A stretch of 64,000 nucleotides of DNA from Phoronis australis (taxonomy: Eukaryota; Animalia; Phoronida): contig NMRA01000285.1 of NCBI GenBank assembly GCA_002633005.1, positions 481,505 to 545,504 of the forward strand, given 5' to 3'. The notes under the pieces were generated by a model, which saw only the letters and a program-made list of their open reading frames with translations, had not been told where the DNA came from and searched no databases. A program made the position numbers and the translations under genes. Below are positions 31,701-44,040 of this stretch, one piece after another (position 1 is the stretch's first letter; every line of letters begins with the position of its first letter).

Positions 31701-34700
31701 CCAGTGCTTGTCATCAGAGCTAATTGGGATGGGCCAGGAATCAACAGTCGCTTAATTTTATCTGCAAATAGTTCCTCCGCGGCTGAATACGTTAAATAAA
31801 GTCGGAAAAAATGAGTGGCAATGAATGGCTTTACAAGATGTTAGGGGCAAATGCAACGCAAGTCGCCGCAATGACTACTATTCTGTTTGCTTTAAATTGT
31901 CGTGAATACAGTATCTCGTCTGTTTGCTTTAAAGTGTCGTAAATACAGTATCTCGTTGCCAGTTACTTGCAAATACAGCTACAGTATGGGAACGAACGTC
32001 ACAGTGATTCCTGTTAAGTTAGTTTCCGTTTCACGTTTGCTGCCGGCCTGGTCACAGGGGTACGCTACGCCCATACAAGAAACCCGCGAGATACTTGCGC
32101 AGAGAAATCATGGCTCATTGAACGGACATAACGATTTTGTTTACAGTTTACTCCCACAATTCCAGGCTCCGTTCATTTCCGTGGTGATTAAATTTGACTG
32201 TGTACTCCTAGTAAAGTAGTCCTGATCTTGGTTTTACATAACCTAGAGAGGCTGTTTTTGCAAGAACGGAGAATTAGTTATGACTACACGTTGATTTTGT
32301 TTGGATGCACATTGTTTTATATTGCCATCAGTTTGCATCCAAAGCACATTCCAGTGGTGGTTAGTTTTGATTTTGTACGTCACTAAGGTTGTCCTGGGCT
32401 TGGTTTTTTATGATCTGGAGCGATTTGGCTTTTGTCTAAAGAACTGAGACCTGATTACGGTTCCAGGTTCGCTTGCGCACCACTTTCGTGCCTATTAACA
32501 GTTTCTATATGTAAAGGTATTTTTGCACCTGACTTAGGAGCCAAATACGGACTTCGCCTCAAGCTAAACAGCGAACATTATGAATACATGGCAGGGCCGC
32601 AAACCACTTCCGGTGTGAAGCTTCTTGTCCACGATCAAGAAGAAATTCCAATGGTTCAAGACTTTGGTATTGCAGTTTCACCTGGCAAGCACGCGTTTAC
32701 GGCCATCAAACTGGTTCAGGTATGTCAACTATATTTAAACTGCGTTTTGCTCGTGTAGATTTCACGGAAAATTTGACGTTTTCTGTGTTGATAGACGTTG
32801 CTTCTAACATTACAGAGTATAAGTTTAAGTTCAAGCTGACTGCTTTTCATTTTATAATAGTAGATTTGGGGTGGGACTTTCTGGGCGAAGTTTCAGTCAT
32901 TGTTTTAGCAGTGTTATTTTAATAACATTAAATCATGGCTGAGGTCAGTGACTGCTGTAGCTTATTGTCGCATTTGTAGCTATCGTTGTTCTAGTTGCAG
33001 CATTGCTGTCATACATACATCTGTCTCATTTTTCCGATGGCTGGTCTTTGGAAGATCGACTGTGTATGTCAATATCTATGAGATTGTGTATTTAAAGAAA
33101 TATCTGTACTGACAACTACGTGTATGAGTTTTAAGTCAGTAAAATTAGATGTTCTTTAAAGTAGAAAACCTGCTATTAAGACTGTGTACACTTCCATATT
33201 TTTCTCCTGACCTTTTCCAAATCTTCTCATACGGATCATTCGCTAGTTGATTTAAGCTCGAGAGTACCGACTATTGATACATTTTTAATATCAGATTAAG
33301 AGAAATATCATTTAAAGTTAACACAAAACAACATGGCTCACATTCTCAAAAGTCAGTGTTTACGAATGTAATCTATCCGTGCTTGAGAAATCTTAGAAAC
33401 AGATGATAAATGATTAAATCCTTAGGTGTCAACAGGACGATTTAGTTATGCGAAAGAGCTGGAAACCCCGGGCTTCTACAATTAGTTTCAATATACGACC
33501 CACTGCAATTCATTATCATGGAAGATATATTTTTGATTTCTTCAAAGATGACGAATATTGGGCCCCCTCACGGCAAGTGTAAGAAAAACCAAAACCTGAA
33601 ATACTACGAGCAGTATTCTATCTCCGCCTGCTTAATCAACAGAGAGATGGAAGACATGATTAATAATACACAAGGGTGCCGCTATGCGTACATGGGTGAC
33701 GGAAAAGAGAAAGGTAGGCAATTTATATCCCATAACACGTCGTAATTTAATTACACATCTATTTCACTGTTCTGCGTTTGCCTGTTGTCTCTAAGGGGGC
33801 ATTCAAAACAACACAGCCGACTTGTGGTCTGTCATTTCCTTTTGATTTAAAATCGCGCGTTCATTATAAAAGTTTTGAATCATTAGAAGCATAGTGCAAA
33901 TTGGTATTAGTACTTTCGTGGTGGTAATTTAGATGTTGTAGCATGCAACGGCCTCAGAAGCTACAGTGTGTATGTCATTCATTTAGCAGTCTTGTAAGTA
34001 CAGAAAAGCAAATAACGATAGTCAACGTCATTCACACGACTGTCTTAAACATGGTTACTTGAAGATGTATACACCAGTGACCTAAAGTCGTGAATATAAG
34101 CATAAAAAGTGCCGATTGTCATACTACCCAATGTCCGTTAGCAACTGCTCATGTGATGTCATGGACATATATCAGCCTTCACAAATATACCTGTTTTGAC
34201 AATCTTAATCCTTGTTTGTCTCCGTAAGCAGAGTTTTGAAACGGTCGCTGATATCGGCGGCCATTTTGAATGAGACCCTAAAGTCGTGACCGTTTCGGTT
34301 AGACGGAAATACACGAAGTAAGACCTCACAAGTCAACTACAGTGCGTACAGTTACTCTAGATGACATAAAAATGCATTGCATTGTTTATTAATTCATTTG
34401 CAATTGAAATAAATTTTTATATGTTGTGCACTCAACTTTGATGTGCACAGACGTTTTCAATGAGGTTGTTCAAGTAAAACGCTAAGGACCCAGCATCAGT
34501 TATCTCTCTGTATTTTATTGCTTTGGCCTTACGAAACTTTATCGACCCTGGGACATTTTGATACATTGTTCAAGCTAGCCCTGGAGCTCGTGTTTGAGTA
34601 AATCTGAACAATGAATATTTTCGAAAAATATCCCAAAAATGCTAAAAAAGTGGATTAGTGAAATATGCTGTTTTGAAGATACATTTGAAAAAAGAAGCCA

Positions 34701-37700
34701 CTCACTCACTGTTTGTTATCATATTGTGAATACGAACACGTACGGGTATTCGTTTGACGTTCGTAAGCAGACGAACGCTGGAAACTTCAACGACAGATGT
34801 CGCAGGACCGCGCAGAAAAGGAAATAAGATCGTTCACGACTTTAGGGCACTCACGACTTTAGGGCCTCTGACGGTATATATTTCAATATGTCAATCTATA
34901 TTCATTACATTTTTCTTAATTTGACATGCACGTGCACGGAAAGCGAGATGTGTTACCTTTTTGTGATCAGAAGAATTCCTCTTGTCCGATGTTTTGCGCA
35001 ACGAGAATCTAACAGTTGTTTGATGTGTAGTTTTCACTTAATTGGTTTTATTGATTATCTCTCATTATTTTTACCGCTTTAAAAGTCATTAGTTTAGCTC
35101 TGCGACAATTACACGGTACTAATTTGCTGAAAGCTTATTGGCTTTCATGCTGATATTAAGGAGACTACTATTTTATGATAACGATCTTGCACAAATCCTC
35201 CCCTCACTCCATTTTTTACTTTAGTGCCCTAACATTCATATCCACTGTTCAAAGGACTTTCGTTTTGACCTATTCTTCACCCTTCAACCTAACATTCCGG
35301 TCACTCACAGAAGAGGTCATGCGAGAAGAAAAGCTCTGTTTGGTTTTGGCCTGTCAGAAACCTTTTTAATAAACTACAATAATAACGCTTCTGCAACAAA
35401 TGCATTTTACTAAACGACATAGACGTACCAAATATCTGACACGGATGCAGCTGGGGATGCCTTAACTCATTGGCTAAGTGTGTTGAAGATCATGTCCGAA
35501 GGACAGTTGAGGCCCTGGCTTTAGGTAAAGGTCCCCCGAATTGTTATTGGGAATTTGTATGTGTATTGCAAACTTAGCAGAAGCACAATAACTATTCGTC
35601 GATACATGTACATGTACATTGACTCATGTTTTTATCCGTAAGTTATCCCGGTGAATGTTCACTTTTTGAGATTGAAACACTCGACAACTGATATAATATC
35701 CCTGCCGCCTACCCTCGCCGCAATAGACGTTTCAGAAGTTACATCTCGACAGTTCAAAAATGAAAGGAAGTGAGCGAAATGGGATTTTTTATTCTGGAAC
35801 GTTTTCAAATAACATTTAGAATTTTTGATGGTTTGTTATAATACCTCCACATACGTCAGTTCTGAATGTGCGTCATAGCTATCTTCTGTACAAGTATATT
35901 GAAGTGTCGACTTCTGAATGGAAGACATTCAACAAAATTATAGCTCTCTAGTGAACTTTCGCCTCTTGGTTTACATATAGGCCGAAAAAGAGAACATTAA
36001 AATCGCTTAGGAAAATGTCGGTGTTTTTAAGTTTTGAGTGATTAGGGAAACCTTAAATTACAACAGGGGTTCGAGGTACTAAACCCTCAAATTAATGTTG
36101 TGGAAGTTTTTAAATAATGTGGTAGTGAGGAGCTACGAGATTTCGATCATCTGACGTTTTATCAGTGTGTGGTTATCCCCCCTTTGTATATTAGTCGCAC
36201 AGAGGCAGATGTGACTGGAGTGATCTGGTATAATTACAAAATCTTGGGATCCATTCCGGAAGTCAGTTTGTGTGCTACGGGCCATTCGATGCTCACTCTG
36301 AGACGATTATTCACTTTAAGTCCCTTTCGACTGGTGCTTCAAATAAATCGTCTCGTCACCAATAATTTTCCCCGGCACCACCTCCGTTTTCATGCAAATT
36401 GTATGCAAAACGCTACACACTATATTTACACTCTCAACTGAAAATTATTGGAGACAACTCACTCGACACAATTCTGGCGAACACGATCTCTTCTCTTTCA
36501 GCTCCAATTTGTCGACTGCCCAGCCTATTGAAATTGTGGGAGAAAGCAGCACACGCTGGTAAGATAGTTTTGAAACAGCTATTCATTTAACATAATGTCA
36601 CACGCCATGTCGACATTTTATTATTGCTTGTATTTGTGGGTTAACAGTACTATTATTGAAACTGGGAAGGAGTTCCCTGCCAAATAGGCCTTATTGGCAA
36701 ACATTACAGTTCAGGAGATAGATTTTGTTACATTTTTGTGAATGAATGCTAAATGTCTCAAGTACACTTTCTGTAACGACTACATCTCTGTAGGCTGGTG
36801 TCGTTCTAGGCCAGTTTCACGAAACTTGCAAATTTGCGTTGATTCGATTTTGTAATGATTGATCAAGAAAACTAACGTGCTTGGTACCTTTTCTACAACA
36901 AATCTTACAATTTTCATAATGCAGGCTTGCTTCTAATAACATTTGTTTCTTTCTAGTTAAAGAGGGGAACTTAAAGCCTAAGCACGACGCAGAATCCTGT
37001 CCTCTCCCGTGCCATCGCCATATTGTTGAGCCTCAAGTTAGCCTGGCACAAATGACGTCATATAGCAAGTTTGCGTTTAAACCAGGCATGGCCCAAAAGT
37101 ACCAGCGTGCGCGAGAACTGGCAATGCGTGTGAACGTAGAGCAAGTGAAGAAAGACAGAGAGTTCTTCAAGAAACTGGAAACGGGAATCAAGGAACTCGA
37201 AACGTCTTGTCACAGAATAAATGAAAACATTGAATATTTGGAGAAGGAAGTCGGTCAGCTTAATAATTCGTTGAGTACCATTTTAAGAGTTCATTCGAAA
37301 ATTCTTGAGGATATTTCGAAAAATGTCATTCACGTCGAATTATGCTGGGAACTGTTCATGAGCAAAGTCAAAAGTTCCCTTGAATACGAAAATGTCATTA
37401 CTTATGGTATGGTGTACACCCGAAGTAATTCTAATGATAATGGATTGAGTGACATTTTTTTAGAATCGGAAATAGATAGACAGTCTTCTATACTTGAAGA
37501 TCATTTGAGGTTGGTGAAAACTCTTAACAAATCATTTTCTCTACTGGAGTTCTATATTGCTATCTTACCATCGCGGTCTGGAAGCAACGAAGACCGGAAG
37601 TACATGAACATAATCATGAAGCCAAACGAAAACAAAGAAATCACGCGCTTTTCATCAGAATTACATCAACTCCTTTCTCGTTATACCGAAAACCTAAGAA

Positions 37701-40700
37701 CATTAGATCCACGCAGGTTTGAGCCAATCGACACCGAAAAGGCGCGAAAGGTTTTCGACGATATTGCCGGAAAACTCGATGTGCTTGCAATAACATCTGA
37801 AGAAAACTTTCTTCTACAAAAACAATACCTGATTGAAGAAAGGCAAAAAACTGAAAACTTACTAAAGAGACTTCATTATCAAGTTAATGAGACATGGAAA
37901 TCTCTCCAACAACCGAAGATGATTATCAAAAACCAGCGATTTGAAAGATGGTTCGCATTTACGACACAGGTTCAAGATTACTTAGATGATAGCAACAATG
38001 TGTCACGCTTGGATCTTGCAAACACGACGAATCATTTGTTTTCAGATGCTCAAAAGTTAAAGAGAAAAATGTCACGAGTGAAAACAAGTTCTTCACTAAT
38101 ACGAAGTGGTTTGTACGACCTCAAAGGACAGCTGGACACTATTGTCGATACCTTACACATGCAAGCTAGTGGACCACTTATCAACATTTACAAAACTATT
38201 GAGAATGGGCTGGTGACTAAGGAGGCAAATTCCACGAAGTTTATTATAGCGAGCACGTTGTTAAGTTCTGGGTGCGTCACTGAAATGCAACTTTCTCATG
38301 TGCTAAACAGCACACCAACGTTTAAGGAGATTCTCGACTTCAGTATATATGACTTAGCCAATTACCGCAACATATGGCAGGACGCCTTCAAGACTGAGTG
38401 GAAGCGGATTCGAAAACGTGCCAGAATTTCTGATCAAATTGAACATAAACATACGGAGTTTGTCCAGCTGTTTAAAGAGTTCCACAATGAAATGAAAAGC
38501 TTTCAGAAAGGCAATGCACTGGATGATTCTTTTATTCAGTAAGCTACTTCGTCAGGCCTTTGCGTCAAAACCCTTGTATTATACACTGCAACGTGCAAGA
38601 GGTGAAACCAAAAAAACACTCGATACAGGCTCCCGTTCAGTAACGCTAGGACCTCGCTAAAAAGCATGACTTCGCGAGATTACATGAAATTACGTGAGAT
38701 ATTGCCATGTATTTTAAATGAGAGCACGTGACTGATTAGATTTTAGCTAGGTCCTAGCGTAGGTCCTAGCGTCTACTGAACGCACGCCTGTTTCAGCAAC
38801 CGCAGGAAGCTTACTGTTACTGGACCAATTATCTTTTTGAAAATTTACTCTGTGTGTTGTCTCAGCCTGCGAAAGTTTGGAGCAAGTTTATTAACGCCAT
38901 GTTAAGTTTTCCAAATAACGTTATTAGTAACCCTTTAGTATGTGATTTCCCGTCAGCCACATGGGGCCCGTTTTGGCATCGGTCATTAGTAAGGTCTAGT
39001 CTAAGCCTAACCCATGGCATCCGTTTAGCCATGTTAGAAATTACTTTTAAAGTTTGTTAGCCAATGTCCGGAATACATGTTGTACAGGTAGAACGCAAAG
39101 AGACAGAAAAATGACCGGCCGAAACGCCGTGTCCCCGGCCGGAACGTCGTGCCGGGCACGACGTTCCGGCCGGTCATTTGTCTGGACCATTAGAAATGTT
39201 TCGCAAATTGCCTGAAAGAGACCAATAGATTTAAATGCGATTGCACAAAATCTGTAGCAAATTCTTTACTGATTGAAATATACAGAGCTGATTTTGTGCC
39301 TTTTAAAGGGCTGAGAATCCTAGGTAACACACTGAAAGCAGACAACACCATACACATTGTGAAAAGCCGAAAGTCGTATGTAGCCGAACCGCCCATTTGT
39401 ACATATGCAGGTTATCCCACATTCATAGGAATACTACTGCCATCGAGATTTGATTTCAACTGGGAATGTCCCAATAAGACCAGAGATGGAGTTGTGAAAT
39501 TTTATAAATTCACGGCGAATTGAATGGCCAGATTTACACATACATGAATACGACATAAATGGAATTGCTATTCAAGATACAGTTAATATAGTTCTTGTTA
39601 TAAGACATTGTATTTTGTTTCAGGAACAACATGATTCAAGTTGACGTCTATCTGCAGGATTTAAGCTACGAACATATTCAGCAGAGGAAGGCCTATGACA
39701 CGATTTCATTATTGGGTATAAAATTTTACTTTCTTTAACAAACTGTCGCTGAATTTGGTGTATGGTGCATAAAAGCTTTATGTATTTCCACTTAAATGCT
39801 GTCTGCAAGACATGTGACAAAATAAACAGTGGCGATACTAACTTACTGCAGTATAAGTAATACATGCAGTTGTTATAGAGGCAACGATGAGCGCCATGAT
39901 CCAGCATGCAGCACGTATTGTTGAACTTGCAAGAATTATGCGATGGGCGTAAACTGGTCGCATGGTTATAATTTACCAGGCGTATCATCGTTTTCCTTTG
40001 TTGCATCTTTGTTGGACATAACAGTGCAGGTAGCATGAATATCGTACTTTGGTCGTACACTTGAGGGTTAATCGTAAATGTTCCTTTATTGTAACTACGG
40101 GATCTACCGATTGCTATGCGACCAGCGCTTGCTACCAGGTTTCACGTGGGGATGGCATTTAGAACAGCTATGAAAAGAAACGTGGGCCTGCACAGAGCTT
40201 TACAACTAGAAAGTTCGATCTTAATAAATAACGGTTTAATGTTTTACATCAATTTAGGTCCCGGTTTTAGTACTTTGCAGATATTTAAAGATTTTTATTG
40301 TCCTTATACTACCCTTTTTCACAAACTCCCATACAGACATTTTGTCGTCACCTACCGGGATATTACAAAGTTATTTTAGTACCCGGCTGTTTGTACAACT
40401 CAGTTTCAACTAAAGGATTGAGGTTTGTTTATTTCCGCATTTTCTGCATAGATTCTATCATTTATACTGGAATGATATAAATCCGTTAAATTCCTATTAT
40501 CCACCAAATGTATTGAAATCCAAGCTCTTTCAGTTTGCTCACTGAATTCGGCCAAATTTGTATGGGATTGAATTGCAGAAGGTCAAAACCTATGCCCGTG
40601 TCTATCTGGAAGCTTTGTGTATCTGAACAAATATTATAGTTTGATGATCATCGATTTATAAAAGATAACACAATACAAAAATTTTGACTTTGTGCAATAG

Positions 40701-41377
40701 CCCAGTTCAGGTGCTCAATAATCCGAACTTGGAATGGAAGTCGGAAACGCTGACCGGTAATTAGACAACCTTTCTCGAAATGTCTCTTTGCTTAGCGTTT
40801 CTATATTAAAGCGTCAAACGAGGATATTCAAGCGAAATAATTATGTTAACAGTTTTGCGATAGTAAAACAATTTTATAATCTGTCAATGGAGTGTTATTT
40901 TCCGAATACTTATATGCTAATTCATGTCGGTGATCGCTGGAAATTCCACAATCAAATCATTTTTTTGTTTTTTTATTTCGATATCATATCGCAGGGATTG
41001 TTTACTGGTCTAGAAACGGCTGTTTCAGGTAACTGAATTGGTGTCACAATTCGCTTTAGGGAGTTTTGCCAAAAATGAAGAAAATGGAGTCTTTTAATAC
41101 AGCTACTTTGATATTATTTTGTTTAAATATATTTTCAGGTGACATTGGCGGATCTATGGGACTATTTGTCGGTGCATCTTGTCTGTCGTTGTTTGAAATA
41201 GTGGATGCAGCAATTCATCATTTTCTGGCAATTTTCCCAAACTGCAGAAAAAATTTCCGCGTACAGTTTTCCCTCATAAGACACCGAACTCGAAAGCGGA
41301 AAACTGGCCACTCCAACGTCCCAAGGAATGACGCACAAACTGCCTCAGATTTCGGAATTGCACAAACGGCTGTTTAA
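25573..41377 (+). CDS. DEG/ENaC/ASIC-family ion channel subunit, 971 aa, with a large extracellular insertion (spliced gene)
   Basis: Ten exons: 25573-25718, 28931-29098, 29546-29704, 30169-30293, 32538-32719, 33548-33713, 36502-36558, 36957-38538, 39624-39715, 41139-41377. They sum to 2916 nt in one open frame. Motifs: TTIHG, TM1, FPAVTICNQN, G-x-C-F-S-FN, C-x-x-PC, and GDIGGSMGLFVGAS in TM2. Confidence 0.93.
27830..28200 (-). mobile_element. Decayed LINE reverse-transcriptase fragment
   Basis: Broken frames with LQLFGIMVQPALLCYG and CRCFQGIRR resembling CR1/L2 RT segments. Confidence 0.4.
28931..29098 (+). CDS. DEG/ENaC exon 2 (TM1 and FPAVTICN)
   Basis: LLWAVAVGAGVSIFLYQVSGCLQNYHAWPMSVDITINYNDTIKFPAVTICNQNAF. 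Confidence 0.94.
29546..29704 (+). CDS. DEG/ENaC exon 3 (finger)
   Basis: LTKVHELGWHQMIQDLF...LWTWAAHDKRDLIV; phase 2-2 fits its neighbours. Confidence 0.85.
30169..30293 (+). CDS. DEG/ENaC exon 4
   Basis: CKWRGEDCSADDFDYIMTDHGVCFSFN. Confidence 0.93.
32538..32719 (+). CDS. DEG/ENaC exon 5
   Basis: AKYGLRLKLNSEHYEY...GVKLLVHDQEEIPMVQDFGIAVSPG. Confidence 0.94.
33548..33713 (+). CDS. DEG/ENaC exon 6 (thumb)
   Basis: MTNIGPPHGKC...YSISACLINREMEDMINNTQGCRYAYMG. Confidence 0.9.
34070..34877. mobile_element. Non-autonomous DNA transposon with repeated subterminal motif
   Basis: cctaaagtcgtga (34081, about 34277) is inverted as tcacgactttaggg twice near 34835-34864. Confidence 0.55.
36502..36558 (+). 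CDS. DEG/ENaC exon 7 (57-nt thumb exon)
   Basis: ttctctttcag|...|gtaaga, phase 1-1; encodes APICRLPSLLKLWEKAAHA and supplies the expected partner Cys. Confidence 0.8.
36957..38538 (+). CDS. DEG/ENaC exon 8 (1582 nt; end of thumb, beta10, helical insertion of about 490 aa)
   Basis: ttctag|TT AAA...ESCPLPCHRHIVEPQVSLAQ continues into the listed 496-aa ORF; ends DDSFI-CA|gtaagc in phase with exon 9. Confidence 0.9.
38632..38788. mobile_element. MITE-like element (family copy 2)
   Basis: Closely similar to 1825-1980. Confidence 0.7.
39104..39184. repeat. GC-rich palindrome
   Basis: ccggccggaacgtcgtgcc / ggcacgacgttccggccgg nested in aaatgaccggcc...ggccggtcattt. Confidence 0.7.
39624..39715 (+). 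CDS. DEG/ENaC exon 9 (beta11-beta12)
   Basis: NNMIQVDVYLQDLSYEHIQQRKAYDTISLL. Confidence 0.93.
41139..41377 (+). CDS. DEG/ENaC exon 10 (TM2, GAS filter, C-terminal tail)
   Basis: GDIGGSMGLFVGASCLSLFEIVD...GIAQTAV*. Confidence 0.94.
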
Positions 41378-41954
41378 TAGAGTGCTGAAGAAGAAAGCAC
41401 ATTTGAAGCCAATGCAAATGCCATGTAACGATTGAAAATTTGGAGTGTAGAGTTTTGTGTATACCTATGTATAATAAGCTTGGAGAAAGTGGTTCGCTAG
41501 TGATCGATAGATGGCGATATAATCTGACACTGTCGAGAGTTCGCGCTTTGTGTGTCAGGCAAACTAAGAAAGATGGCAGCGCGTAAGCGACCTCACCCCT
41601 ATTACTCTAATCGTTACTTCGTGTTACGCTAGTTTGAACTGTTGAAATGAACGCATAAGCAATACAAGCGAATATTTTCAAGATTCTATCATTAAATTTT
41701 TATTTGAACTTTGTAGTCGAGCTTTATACATTTTTTTCAACTTTTCTTAACGATCGTTTGTTGTAAACGGAAAGAAGAAGAAAAGGCATCCCAATAGTGC
41801 ACTGAGGTACGGGGCGGTGATCTGGCGATTTCTATCATATCGACATGCCTTACTCCTACGATTATTCTCGTATATAGTACTTAGTACTTGAATGATCGCA
41901 AATGTTCATTGCACGATAAAATCTGTATTCTATCCCCACTGCAGAATTTCATCA

Positions 41955-42110
41955 ACAGTGTGGGCTCCAAGTGGCTTGAGCTCCGGATTCCTGTTTGAGA
42001 GACCTGGCTTCGAATCCCGGCTTCTCTGGCTGACAAACGAGCATTTGCGCAAATGTGTTTCCTACTCATCGGTCTTATTAGTGAATGTATGCAAGGGATT
42101 CAGTTAATGA
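41955..42110 (+). mobile_element. tRNA-derived SINE-like fragment
   Basis: B-box-like ggcttcgaatccc and A-box-like ggctccaagtgg; no full cloverleaf. Confidence 0.35.
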
Positions 42111-42479
42111 GAACCTAGATGTAATGCGAAAGCGATGTGGGGGGTGTGCGAAAAAAATCATCTGAATGTAGTTTTGTGTATGGTGCATTCAGTTGCAAGC
42201 TTTGATACCCTATCCCAATTAGGGGGGAACAACAATAGGCCCGACTTGAAAAAAAAACAGTTGCCTGGACTGCAAAACCGATGTTCGGTGATCAAACGTG
42301 TTATCCGAGACTTCAAAACGCGATGGCTTCACCCAAAAAACTAGGTGGCTGGACCCAAACTATGGCCGGTGCTATAACCAGTTGGCTGTTTGAATACTGG
42401 CCAATCTGTTTTACATGTAGGTTCGGTAAACCCATTTTCTTACGCCCACATATTTACATATATATATGTGTACACCTTA

Positions 42480-43190
42480 TACAGTCATCCCCACCCGTCC
42501 GCCCGGCGTCCGGTGCTCTATCTCCAAAACCCTTTAACGTATGTTCATGAAACTGATTTTGCACGTGTTTCTTTCATGGATGGGACGGCATGAGCGAACT
42601 TTCGGACGGATCCGACTACCGATGTGCCGTCTAATGGCAATTTAAGTTTTTACGTTTACCTCTGTATCTTAATGGTCCTCACGGATTTTCATAAAATTTG
42701 GCATATGGGCATCTATGAGTGAGATGACGCTATCGTCCCGTTTTCGGATGGATTCGAGATTTTTGCAGCACCTAGTGGCCAATTTCATTGTTTTTCTAGT
42801 CTGTTGTTTGGCGTCCGCCCCTCTATCAACCAAACTGCTTTAAGGATGATTATAAAAATTTGAATATATGTTCTTACTATGAAGAGGACTGTTGACGACG
42901 ATTTTCCGAAGTCTTCGGTTACTGTGGCCCACCTAGTGACAGTTTTGTTTTGCGCTCATAGCTGTATCTCCTAAGCCCTCTGCAGGATCTTCATTAAATT
43001 TAGCAAGTGTATTTATATGAACAGACGACGACGACTTTCAGACGGATCTGACTATTGGTGTGCCTCTATTGGCAATTTTAGTTTTTTACGTTTACCGCTG
43101 TATCTTCAAACGCCCTAAACGGGTTTTCATTAAATTTGGTCATAGGCATCTTTAGGTGAAATGACGCTATCTTTCCGGTTTCGGATTTTT
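42480..43190. repeat. Diverged tandem or subrepeat element
   Basis: ttcggacggatccgactac...ggcaatttaagtttttacgtttacc at about 42600 recurs at about 43037, with shorter related units between. Confidence 0.6.
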
Positions 43191-44040
43191 TGGAACGAGT
43201 GGTTTCAAAAGGGTATACGATACGTATACGACTTAATTGACCCTGACAAAAGATATATTTATGATTATCATACCTTTTGTACACGTTTTCAATTTTGTCC
43301 TTGTATTACTCATTGTTATGGAATTCGAAGTTCAATACTTCGTTCTTGGAATCATCTAAGAGACAAGAGTACTACAGCCACTCCACTTTTCCAGAACATA
43401 TCTTTCGAATTTCCTCGGAAAATAAAGGGACGGGGAAAATCTATCAGTTATGCGATGATACTCAGTCTTGGAAAAAAGTTCTTTTTGTAATTTATCATTG
43501 TACTTCCGATGTCAGACTCAGATGGTGTCAATTCCTTATCAACCACAGACTTATTGGTACAAACTCTTATTTAAAGAAAATAGGTGTTAGTGAATCGTCT
43601 TTATGTTCTTTCTGTGAGCAACACGAAGAAACAATTTTACATTTGTATTGGGAATGTTCACTTGTTCAGAAGTTTTGGGGATGTTTCAAACCATGGATGA
43701 TAAATCAGTGGGATTTCCCTCTGCAGTTAAATATGCCAACCGCCTTGTTTGAAGATCCAGCCTGTAGATTAGAAGTTGTAAATTTAATTCTTTGATTAGC
43801 GAAATTTCACTTATAAAGGCAAAGATTGTAAAAGGCCAAGCCCAATTTTCACTCATTTTTACGTAAGGTATGTGATAACCACAATCTGGAAAAATTATTT
43901 ACAATTATAAATTTAATCCTGAGAGATTCCAGGCAAGGTGGTCTTTTTTGCTTAGCAACTAGCTAATTTGTTTGAAGCACTTGACTAGATTTAATATTGC
44001 TGTACAACTATGTACAAGTTGGTTGAATTAATAAATAATT
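43185..44040 (+). mobile_element. L1/Tx1-type LINE 3' fragment (ORF2 C-terminus, zf-RVT-like)
   Basis: WFQKGIRYVYDL...LRWCQFLINHRLIGTNSYLKKIG..SSLCSFCEQHEETILHLYWECSLVQKFW; frameshifted, 5'-truncated, AATAAA near 44031. Confidence 0.88.

Noticed and set aside
35423-35524. Alternative Cys-rich thumb exon (DVPNI*HGCSWGC...), possible selenocysteine
   Set aside because: It has an in-frame TGA, a weak acceptor and no SECIS evidence; 36502-36558 fits much better.
37052-38542. Stand-alone 496-aa intronless gene or nested viral ORF
   Set aside because: The frame extends upstream through the channel's CPLPC motif to an acceptor, and the stop codon lies inside a gtaag donor in phase with the next channel exon.
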